From contig CALKEP010000051.1 in assembly GCA_938084645.1 (NCBI GenBank), positions 1 to 27,681 on the forward strand: a DNA stretch of 27,681 nt, in the 5' to 3' direction. Position numbers and translations under genes: made by a program. Position 1 is the stretch's first letter. Each line of letters starts with the position of its first letter. Shown here piece after piece: positions 8,900 to 17,764 of the stretch. The notes under the pieces are model-generated. The model had not been told where the DNA came from. It saw only the letters and a list, made by a program, of their open reading frames with translations, and ran no database searches. Source of the DNA: an uncultured Phycisphaerales bacterium. Lineage in GTDB: Bacteria; Planctomycetota; Phycisphaerae; Phycisphaerales; SM1A02.

Positions 8900-9685
8900 T
8901 CAGGCCGCGAGCTTGAGACCGCCTCGTCCCGACTGCGGGACGAACGCGAGCATCTTCTCGGTGGTGGTTCTCGGGTTGTCGCCCGCCTGGATGCTCATGA
9001 TGCCCTGGAGCATCATCTCCTTGGCGAGGATCTCCTCGCCCGAGCGAAGCGACAGCTTGTCGCCGATCGGGCCGGCGATGGCGTTCGCGAGCACGGTTCC
9101 GTACATCGTCGCCGTCACCGCGACCGCGAGCATGCCGCCCAGCTCCTCGATGCTCCCACCGAGCGAGCCGAACATGCCGATCTGTCCGATCAGCGTCGCC
9201 GCCAGTCCGTAGCCCGGACCGTAGAGCTTGATCAGATCGAAGAACTTCTTGCCGGCCTTGTGCCGCTCCTGCATGGCCATCACCTCGAGCCGCAGGGTCG
9301 TCTCGACGATCGCCTCGTCGGTGCCGTCGACCGCCATCTTCAGGCCCTGGGCGAGGAAGGGGTCCGCGACGTCCTCGATCTCGCTTTCGAGGGCGAGGAT
9401 GCCGTCCCGACGCGCCTTGTCGCTGAGGGTCGCCATCAGGGTCACGGTCTCGCCGTTGGAGACGGCCGGTTCCCGCATGAAAGCCTTGATGTATCCGGGA
9501 ACCTGCTTGAGCTTGTCCATCGGCATCGCCATGAACAACACGCTGATCGTGCCGCCGAACACCATGATGACGCCCTTGAGCGACCAGAACATCATGATGT
9601 TGCCGCCGTGGGCCAGCACGAGCACGATCGTGCCGACGATCACGACCACACCGAGGATTGTTCCGATCAGGCTTGCCTTGTCCAT
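8900..9685 (-). CDS. motA: MotA/PomA-family stator protein
   Basis: MDKASLIG start with GGAGG RBS; VFGGT, KARRDGILALE, DPFLAQGLKMAVDG, GPGYGLAATLIG, ATMYG.VLAN...PI..KL, GIMSIQAGDNP. Confidence 0.92.
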   Translation of the reverse strand: MDKASLIGTILGVVVIVGTIVLVLAHGGNIMMFWSLKGVIMVFGGTISVLFMAMPMDKLKQVPGYIKAFMREPAVSNGETVTLMATLSDKARRDGILALESEIEDVADPFLAQGLKMAVDGTDEAIVETTLRLEVMAMQERHKAGKKFFDLIKLYGPGYGLAATLIGQIGMFGSLGGSIEELGGMLAVAVTATMYGTVLANAIAGPIGDKLSLRSGEEILAKEMMLQGIMSIQAGDNPRTTTEKMLAFVPQSGRGGLKLAA

Positions 9686-9827
9686 GGCTCGATCAACCTC
9701 CTGCAGCGGGTGGTCCACGATCGGTGGACACGCCGCTTGGAGGACGATCGGTCCGAATGCAAGCGTTCTTGACGCGAGTCGGGATCTCGGCGGATCGCCC
9801 GTGCGGGTCGTACCGATGCCGTCGATG

Positions 9828-9845
9828 AAAACCCCATCAGGGGTT
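9828..9845 (-). terminator. Possible intrinsic terminator after the HU gene
   Basis: Minus strand AACCCC-TGAT-GGGGTT ending in a short T run; the stem is short. Confidence 0.35.
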
Positions 9846-9924
9846 CGTTCTTATCGGAGATGCCCGACCAGACGGATCGAAGGATGTGCGAGGGGATCCG
9901 GCGGTGAAGGACTTTCGAGCCCGT

Positions 9925-10233
9925 TCAGTCGGAGGCGGCGGCCGCCACCATCGATTCCGGCCGCGCCTCGATGCGCTTCAAGGCCGCGGCCGGCCTGAAC
10001 GAGACGGTGCTGGAGGCGGGGATGACGAGCGTCTCTCCGGTGCGGGGATTGCGACCGGGCCTCGCCTCGCGATGCTTGCGTTCGAAGGTACCGAAGCCGG
10101 CGAGGGTCACCGAACCGTCCCGCTCCACGCCCTCGAGCACCGCGTCGAGCACCGCTCGGACCGCCTTTTCCGCGTTGACCCGGGGGCCACCGAGGTCGGC
10201 GGCGATGAGTTCGACGAGATCACCCTTGTTCAT
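9925..10233 (-). CDS. hup: HU family DNA-binding protein
   Basis: MNKGDLV...VTLAGFGTF...ARPGRNPRTGE...IPAS..VSFRP; AAGGA RBS. Confidence 0.93.
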   Translation of the reverse strand: MNKGDLVELIAADLGGPRVNAEKAVRAVLDAVLEGVERDGSVTLAGFGTFERKHREARPGRNPRTGETLVIPASSTVSFRPAAALKRIEARPESMVAAAASD

Positions 10234-10411
10234 TCGACGATTCCTTGTTCAACGTCGTCGAGGAATCTCATCGTCCTGGACGGGACCGGAACATAGTCCC
10301 GAGCCGCTCCCCGGTCGAGAATCCGATTCCGCGACCGGGGATCCGCGGTGGACATCCGTTCGAGGTTGCGGATCCCGTCGAGGGACCGTAGGCGGCTGCG
10401 GAGATGTCGTC

Positions 10412-10420
10412 TGCTAGCAT
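10412..10420 (+). promoter_or_regulatory. Putative extended -10 TGcTAGCAT, 9 nt before the dehydrogenase ATG
   Basis: TGn plus TANNNT; no Shine-Dalgarno between it and ATG 10430. Confidence 0.45.
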
Positions 10421-10429
10421 CGGGCCCCG

Positions 10430-11404
10430 ATGATCTCCACCCCCCGAACGCCTGAAACACCACTCGTCGTCCGGACCGAACATCTCGATCCCGAGGCGGA
10501 AGCCTGGATCGCGGAGCGATGCGCCTTCGCGGTGGCGACGCCGGGCGACGAGACGTTCGACGCCCTCGCGGATCGGATCGTCGGCCTCGTGGTTCGGACC
10601 TACACCGACGTCGATTCCGCGCTGCTCGATCGCCTGCCGGCGCTGCGGGTCGTCGCCCGCGCCGGCGTCGGCGTCGACAACATCGACGTCGCCGCGTGCC
10701 GCGCCCGCGGCGTGGAGGTCGTCCACACCCCGGACGCAAACACCCAGGCGGTCGTCGAATACGTCACCGCCCTGCTCTGCGACGCGATCCGACCGCGACT
10801 CCTCCTCGAATCCGCGGTCGATGCGGATCGATGGAAGGCGATCCGGGGTGAAGTCTGCGGCGAGCGGCAGATGAACGAGATGACGCTGGGGATCCTCGGG
10901 TTCGGTCGGATCGGCCGACGAATCGCCGCGGTCGCCGGCGCGATCGGTTTCAAGGTGATCTATCACGACCTGATCGACGTCGGCGAGTCGGCCCGCGCGG
11001 GCGCGGAGCCGGTCTCGATGGAGACCCTGCTGGCGGAGTCCGACGTGCTCACGATCCACGTCGACGGCCGGGCGTCGAACCGGGACCTGATCGACGCCAC
11101 GACGCTTCGACGCCTGAAGCCAGACGCCGTGTTGCTCAACACGAGTCGCGGATTCGTCGTGAAGCAGGACGACCTCGCGAGCTGGCTCGCGGGACGTCCC
11201 GAGGCGCAGGCGATCCTGGACGTCCACGCCGAGGAACCCTTCCTCGCCGATGATCCGCTGATCTCGCTCCCGAACGCGCACCTCGCGCCCCATCTCGCGA
11301 GTCGCACCCGCACCGCGATGGCGAACATGAGCTGGGTCGTCCGCGATCTCTGGCGGGTGCTCGAAGGCGAGACACCGCACCATCCCGCACCGGATCCGTC
11401 CTGA
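10430..11404 (+). CDS. D-isomer-specific 2-hydroxyacid dehydrogenase (SerA-like, no ACT domain)
   Basis: ARAGVGVDNID, GFGRIG Rossmann motif, catalytic Arg/Glu/His in NTSRG, DVHAEEP, PHLAS. Confidence 0.9.
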   Translation: MISTPRTPETPLVVRTEHLDPEAEAWIAERCAFAVATPGDETFDALADRIVGLVVRTYTDVDSALLDRLPALRVVARAGVGVDNIDVAACRARGVEVVHTPDANTQAVVEYVTALLCDAIRPRLLLESAVDADRWKAIRGEVCGERQMNEMTLGILGFGRIGRRIAAVAGAIGFKVIYHDLIDVGESARAGAEPVSMETLLAESDVLTIHVDGRASNRDLIDATTLRRLKPDAVLLNTSRGFVVKQDDLASWLAGRPEAQAILDVHAEEPFLADDPLISLPNAHLAPHLASRTRTAMANMSWVVRDLWRVLEGETPHHPAPDPS

Positions 11405-11411
11405 AACGACA

Positions 11412-11440
11412 CGGGCCCCGATCCAGTGGATCGAGGCCCG
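11412..11440 (-). terminator. Hairpin between convergent genes, probable terminator
   Basis: Minus strand CGGGCCTCGATCC-ACT-GGATCGGGGCCCG (13 bp, one G-U) followed by TGTCGTTT. Confidence 0.6.
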
Positions 11441-11477
11441 CAGGTCGATCGGGCGTCGATCGCCCGAGCGGTCGCAT

Positions 11478-12629
11478 TCAGAGGCAGGAGCCCCAGTAGC
11501 CGAGCAACAGGCCCTTGTCGGCGCCGTCCACCACGCCGTCGTGGTTCAGATCGCCGGGGCAGGACCGGGGGGCGATCCCGGGGTAGCGGGTGACGGTCCC
11601 GGGCACGAACTGACAGACGTACACGTCGTCACCGATCACCTCGACGCCGGTCGGCAGCCAGAGGCCTCCGATGAAGGTGTCGTAGCTGCCATCCTGTCGC
11701 ACTCGGATCACGCTTCCGGTCCCGGGAGCCGGTTGTCCGGTCGCGGGATCGAAATCGCCTGCGGAACAGACCAGCAGGCTCCCGTCGGCCGCGACCTCGA
11801 CGTCGACCAGGGTCTTGAGCCCCGTGGCGACCGCGGTGTAACTGCCGTCGGCGGAGAGACGGAAGACGCTCGCCGTGCCATCGACGAACGGGAATCCGGT
11901 CAGCTGGACGACGTACGCGCCGCCGTCCCCATCGGGGACGATCCGGGTCGGCACCGCCTGCGAGGTCGGCGGGGTCGTCCCCTTCGGGTTCACCGTGTTC
12001 GGGAACTCGGCGAGCACCGCATAGTCGGTCCCGTCGTAGGTGATGACCGCGTTGGCACCGGCGTCGACGATCCAGAGGACGCCATCGATCTCGGCCGCGG
12101 AATAGGTGTTGGAGTCGGGGAAGCCGGCCTCCTGCCGAACGAACGGGAAGACGGGGACCGACTCGATCATCGCCGCGCCGTCGATCGCATAGGGGCCTGC
12201 CGCGAGGACCGTGTAGGAAGGATCGAAACGAACGATCGATCCGAGATAGGGGAACGCCCCGGGAACGTTCGGCCCACCGGTCGCCAGGAGGAGGGAACCA
12301 TCCGGGGCGAAGCTGATGTGGTGAGCGCCCGAAGGTTCTCCCATCGCGTTGAAGGCGGTTTGGATGTTCTCGATCAACGGCACCAGCGTGAAGCTGCCAT
12401 CGAGGTTCGCCGCGAGCATGGAGACCCGTCCGATGCCGGGGGCCGCGGGCCCCTTGGGGTTGACGCCCAGCTCCGATACCCAGAGTTGTCCACCCGCATC
12501 CGCCTCGAGACCGATGGGCAGGACGAGACCGGAGGCGATCACCTCGTCATCACCTGCGCCGAAGGCCGGGCCGGTCGTCAGGATCGCGGCGCCGACCGCC
12601 GCCGTGATCGCGTGCATTCGAAGATTCAT
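11478..12629 (-). CDS. ScyD/ScyE-like secreted beta-propeller protein with a single C-terminal dockerin-like motif
   Basis: Start 12629 with AAGGAG RBS and a signal peptide; motifs DSNTY, VDAGANAV, QAVPTRIV, AYVVQLTGFPF, GL...VDV recalled from ScyD/ScyE proteins; C-terminus [26 protein letters not shown]. Confidence 0.75.
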   Translation of the reverse strand: MNLRMHAITAAVGAAILTTGPAFGAGDDEVIASGLVLPIGLEADAGGQLWVSELGVNPKGPAAPGIGRVSMLAANLDGSFTLVPLIENIQTAFNAMGEPSGAHHISFAPDGSLLLATGGPNVPGAFPYLGSIVRFDPSYTVLAAGPYAIDGAAMIESVPVFPFVRQEAGFPDSNTYSAAEIDGVLWIVDAGANAVITYDGTDYAVLAEFPNTVNPKGTTPPTSQAVPTRIVPDGDGGAYVVQLTGFPFVDGTASVFRLSADGSYTAVATGLKTLVDVEVAADGSLLVCSAGDFDPATGQPAPGTGSVIRVRQDGSYDTFIGGLWLPTGVEVIGDDVYVCQFVPGTVTRYPGIAPRSCPGDLNHDGVVDGADKGLLLGYWGSCL

Positions 12630-12718
12630 GGACTTTCTCCTTGGAACGAAATCTGGATCGGATTGGACTTGGGCGTACCTCCGATCGAAATCGGACGACA
12701 CCCCATCACAAGCGGTCG

Positions 12719-12724
12719 ATTGTA
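12719..12724 (-). promoter_or_regulatory. Putative -10 box TACAAT for the ScyD/ScyE-like gene
   Basis: Near-consensus hexamer in the AT-richer divergent region, about 90 nt upstream of the start. Confidence 0.4.
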
Positions 12725-12828
12725 ATGCCCGATCCGAGTTCCAAGACCAAACACCTGTCCAATAATCTGGGCTCACCCCGCCCCTCCCGCGATCCCGACC
12801 TGCGTATCCGGGTTCCGCAGCCGGTTGA

Positions 12829-14193
<1,365 letters not shown>

Positions 14194-14215
14194 ACGACCA
14201 CGGCGCGGGAACCAA

Positions 14216-14249
14216 GAAGGCGGGCCGTCCGGGAGGACGGCCCGCCTTC
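14216..14249. terminator. Bidirectional terminator between eno and the lipoprotein gene
   Basis: Perfect 15-bp stem GAAGGCGGGCCGTCC-GGGA-GGACGGCCCGCCTTC with T-containing flanks on both strands. Confidence 0.8.
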
Positions 14250-14296
14250 ATCATTTCATGTGGCTCGTCCGCTGGAGACGAGTCATTCACCGTCGA

Positions 14297-14542
14297 TCAC
14301 TTCTGCGTCGCGGCCTTGAACTGCGAGCTGGTGATGTCCTCGATCTCCGCGTTCTGGATGGTGACCTGCTTCTCGGTGGTGGCGTCGGTGAAGGTGATCC
14401 CGTCCTTGGACTCGTACTTCTCGGTGTAGTACGCCTTGTCCGTGGTGGGATCGGTGATCTTGTAGTAGCTGCAACCGGTGGCGACGATCGCGAGGGTCGC
14501 GAGGGCGGCGGTACGGAACAGTCCGGTGGTGAATCGATGCAT
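14297..14542 (-). CDS. Small lipoprotein (81 aa), function unknown
   Basis: GAGGAG RBS before ATG 14542; signal peptide ending in lipobox VATG-C; mature part CSYYKITDPTTDKAYYT...; strongly biased codons. Confidence 0.8.
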   Translation of the reverse strand: MHRFTTGLFRTAALATLAIVATGCSYYKITDPTTDKAYYTEKYESKDGITFTDATTEKQVTIQNAEIEDITSSQFKAATQK

Positions 14543-14675
14543 GGAAATTCTCCTCTTCGTCAACAGATTGGACCCGCGCCACGCGGCGTGGGGGCCGAGA
14601 AGCGTATCGGATGTTCCCCGCTGCAGGTGCGCTCTCGAGCCTTACTTGACGGAAATCTTGAATTCGTCAGCCGGG

Positions 14676-15869
14676 TCAGAAGAACGCGGAGACGCCGGTC
14701 AGTTCGCGGCCGAGGACGAGTCGGTGGATGTCCCGCGTTCCCTCGTAGGTCGCGACGGACTCCAGATTGATCATGTGTCGCATCACGCAGTGGTCGTCGA
14801 GGATTCCCACGCCACCGAGCAGGTCGCGACAGATGCGAGCCACGATCTGGGCGCTCTCGCAGGCCGAGGTCTTCGCCAGCGAGACCTGCGGTCCCGTGCC
14901 GTCCCCACCGGCCTTGAGATCCGCGAGCCGGTGCGCGATCGCCTGCATCTGCACGATCCGGATCCAGCACTCGCTCATCTTGTCCTGCGTCAGCTGGTAG
15001 TGGTCGAGCGTCTTGCCGAAGACCTCCCGACCGCCGGCGTGGCGAACGACGTCTTCGAGACACGCCTCCGCGGCGCCGATGACGCCCCAGGCGATCCCGA
15101 ACCTCGCCTGGTCCAGGCAACTCAGCGGCGACCGAAGCCCCCCGCTCTCGGGGAGAAGGTCGTCCTCGGTGACCGGAACGTCCTCGAGGCTGATTCTCGA
15201 GGTCCGGCCGACTCGGAGGCTGTACTTGTTGCGGATGAGTTCCGCCTGGAATCCCGGCCGGTCCGTCGGAACGAGGAAGCCCCGGATGGCCTTCGAACTC
15301 TCCGGATCGACGTCGAGTCCCTCGGTCTTGGCCCAGATGATCGCGACGTCCGCGATGTCCGCATTGCCGATCCACATCTTGCCACCACCGAGCTTCCATC
15401 CTTCGCCGTCCCGGCGGGCGACGGTGGTCATGCCGCCTGGATTCGAACCATGGCCGGGCTCGGTCAGTCCGAAACAGCCGAGCGCCTCGCCCGATCGCAT
15501 GCTCGGGAGCCAGTGGTCCCGCTGTGCCTCGGAACCGAAGAAGCGGATCGCGTTCATGGCCAGCGAACTCTGCACGCTCGCCATGGTTCTCAGGCCGGAA
15601 TCGCCCCGTTCGAGTTCTCGCATGATGACGCCGTTGGCGCGGGCGGAGAGCCCGGGACACCCCCACCCCTCGATGGTCGCGCCGAAACAGCCGATCTCCC
15701 CCATCTCGCGGACGAGCTCGGTGGGAAAATCGTGGCGGTCCCAGCAGTCGTTCACCACCGGCATGAACCGGTCCCGGACGAAGCCGCGGACACGGTCCCG
15801 AAGAACCCGTTCCTCCTCGGTCAGGAGGTCGTCGAAACGGTAGAGGTCGAGGTCTTGGGGCAGGGTCAT
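14676..15869 (-). CDS. gcdH: Acyl-CoA dehydrogenase, glutaryl-CoA dehydrogenase-like
   Basis: RELERGDSGLRTMASVQSSL, GCFGLTEPGHGSNP, KMWIGN, ARFGIAWG, MRHMINLESVATYEGT.DIH.LVLGRELTG..AF, typical of the GcdH clade. Confidence 0.85.
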   Translation of the reverse strand: MTLPQDLDLYRFDDLLTEEERVLRDRVRGFVRDRFMPVVNDCWDRHDFPTELVREMGEIGCFGATIEGWGCPGLSARANGVIMRELERGDSGLRTMASVQSSLAMNAIRFFGSEAQRDHWLPSMRSGEALGCFGLTEPGHGSNPGGMTTVARRDGEGWKLGGGKMWIGNADIADVAIIWAKTEGLDVDPESSKAIRGFLVPTDRPGFQAELIRNKYSLRVGRTSRISLEDVPVTEDDLLPESGGLRSPLSCLDQARFGIAWGVIGAAEACLEDVVRHAGGREVFGKTLDHYQLTQDKMSECWIRIVQMQAIAHRLADLKAGGDGTGPQVSLAKTSACESAQIVARICRDLLGGVGILDDHCVMRHMINLESVATYEGTRDIHRLVLGRELTGVSAFF

Positions 15870-16063
15870 GGAGTCACCGGTTCAGAGCGTCGTCGATGGG
15901 GCCGGAATCAGCCGACCCACCGTTCGGAGTTCGTCGCCCGACCTCCGGTCGATGCGATGAATCGGCGGGAGCGATGCGACCGGGGGTTATCATCACTCAT
16001 CCCGAGGCTTCCTGTCCGGTCCACGTCCCGACCATCCTCGGATCCCCCCTCCGAACCCACGCC

Positions 16064-17689
16064 ATGGTCCCATCCCGCCGACTCCTGCTGAAACATCTCG
16101 CCTTTCGCGCCGGGACCATCGCCCCGCTGGGTGGCCTGATCTCGACCACCCCGGACGGCACCACCGAGGTGTGCTGGCCCGAGGTGGAATCGCGGGCCCG
16201 TCGTCTCGCCACGGGCCTCCGCGCCCACGGGCTCCGCCCCGGTGAACGGGTCGGCACCCTCGCCTTCAACGACCATCGTCACGCCGACGCCTACTTCGCC
16301 GTTCCCTGCCTCGGCGCGACGCTTCATCCCATCAACGTCCGGTGGAACCTCAAGGAGACCTCCGCGGTCCTTGAACACACCCGGGATCGGATCCTGCTCG
16401 TGGATGCGGAACTGATGCCCCGCGGACTGGAGCTCGCCGCGGCCTGCCCCTGGATCGAGGTGATCATCCGTCTCGGGCCGCCCCGCGACGACGAACCCGC
16501 GAACCCGCGGGACGGCACGCTCGAGATCGTCGACCACGAGTCGCTGCTGGAAGCCTCGGAACCGATCGCGACGTGGCCCGATCTCGAGGAGGACGCGTTG
16601 ATGGGGATGTGCTCGACCAGCGGAACCACCGGGATCCCGAAGACCGTCGCGTATTCCCACCGCACGACCTGCCTCCAGACCATGGCCCTCGGCCTCACCG
16701 ACTGCATGCGGCTTTCCGGTCGCGACACCGTGCTCGCGATCGTCCCGATGTTCCACGCGCTCGGATGGTGCTTTCCGTACGCCTGCGGGATGCTCGGCGC
16801 GGGGCTGGTCCTGCCGCATCGTGACCTGCGACCGGAGCGGATCCTCGATCTGATCACCACCCACGACGTGACCACCTCCGTCGCGGTCCCGACCGTCTGG
16901 AACGCGGTGCTTTCGGCCCTCGACGAGAACCCCGGACGCTGGAGCCTCGATCGCGTCGACCGCGTCGTGTCGGGCGGCGCCGCTCCCACCGAAAGCATGA
17001 TCCGACGCTTCCGGGACGAGCACGGCGTCGAAGTCATCCACTCGTGGGGCATGACGGAGATCAATCCGGTCGGCACCATGTCCCCCGCCGCCACCACCCG
17101 GGAGGAAGTGGAATTCGATCCCGATCGCCGCCTTCGTCATCAGACCGTCACGGGCCGCCCGCTGCCCGGACTCGCGGTCGAGATCGTGGGTGAGGACGGT
17201 CTTCCACTTCCCCATGACGGGGTCACCACCGGGCGACTCCTCGTCTCCGGCTGGTGGGTCGCCGACGACTACGCCTTCGATCATCCCGACGGCGACCGAT
17301 TCGCTGCGGACGGGCGCCTCGACACGGGGGACGTCGCCTCGATCGACGACCGCGGACGCATGGCGATACGCGACCGGGCCAAGGACATGATCAAGTCCGG
17401 CGGCGAGTGGATCTCGAGCCTCGCGCTGGAACGCGCGATCGGTGATTTCCGGGAGATCGAGGGCTGCGCCGTGGTCGGACGGCCCGACGACCGCTGGGGC
17501 GAACGTCCCGTCGTCTTCGCGAGCCTCCACGAGGGCGTGTCACTCGATCTCGAGACCATCCGTGCCCGACTCGAACCTGATTTCGAGTCATGGCAGCGGC
17601 CCGACGAACTCCTGGTCGTCGAGTCGATCCCGTTGACCTCCACCGGCAAGATCGACAAGAAGGTGCTCCGCGCCGGGCTTCGCACCTGA
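16064..17689 (+). CDS. Acyl-CoA ligase, AlkK/DmdB-like subgroup
   Basis: TSGTTGIPK P-loop, VPMFHALGW, AVPTVW, HSWGMTE, TGDVA, DRAKDMIKSGGEWISS, TGKIDKK. Start uncertain; ATG 16064 chosen because TATCAT lies at 15988-15993. Confidence 0.9.
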   Translation: MVPSRRLLLKHLAFRAGTIAPLGGLISTTPDGTTEVCWPEVESRARRLATGLRAHGLRPGERVGTLAFNDHRHADAYFAVPCLGATLHPINVRWNLKETSAVLEHTRDRILLVDAELMPRGLELAAACPWIEVIIRLGPPRDDEPANPRDGTLEIVDHESLLEASEPIATWPDLEEDALMGMCSTSGTTGIPKTVAYSHRTTCLQTMALGLTDCMRLSGRDTVLAIVPMFHALGWCFPYACGMLGAGLVLPHRDLRPERILDLITTHDVTTSVAVPTVWNAVLSALDENPGRWSLDRVDRVVSGGAAPTESMIRRFRDEHGVEVIHSWGMTEINPVGTMSPAATTREEVEFDPDRRLRHQTVTGRPLPGLAVEIVGEDGLPLPHDGVTTGRLLVSGWWVADDYAFDHPDGDRFAADGRLDTGDVASIDDRGRMAIRDRAKDMIKSGGEWISSLALERAIGDFREIEGCAVVGRPDDRWGERPVVFASLHEGVSLDLETIRARLEPDFESWQRPDELLVVESIPLTSTGKIDKKVLRAGLRT

Positions 17690-17764
17690 TCCCCGCCCTT
17701 CGTTCGACCGGTTACCTTGGGATCCGCAGGCGACGTCGCCTCGCCGAAGACCCGTGACCCCACC

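Noticed and set aside
8108..9685. Zorya (ZorAB) defence system or ExbBD/TolQR interpretation of the motor pair
   Set aside because: The A subunit is 261 aa with flagellar MotA motifs and no long ZorA tail; no zorC/D/E or tonB nearby; the B subunit has an OmpA-like rather than ExbD-like domain.
9846..9925. c-di-GMP riboswitch upstream of motA
   Set aside because: Only a small GAAA-containing hairpin; I could not find the conserved class I or II core. An Rfam scan would settle it.
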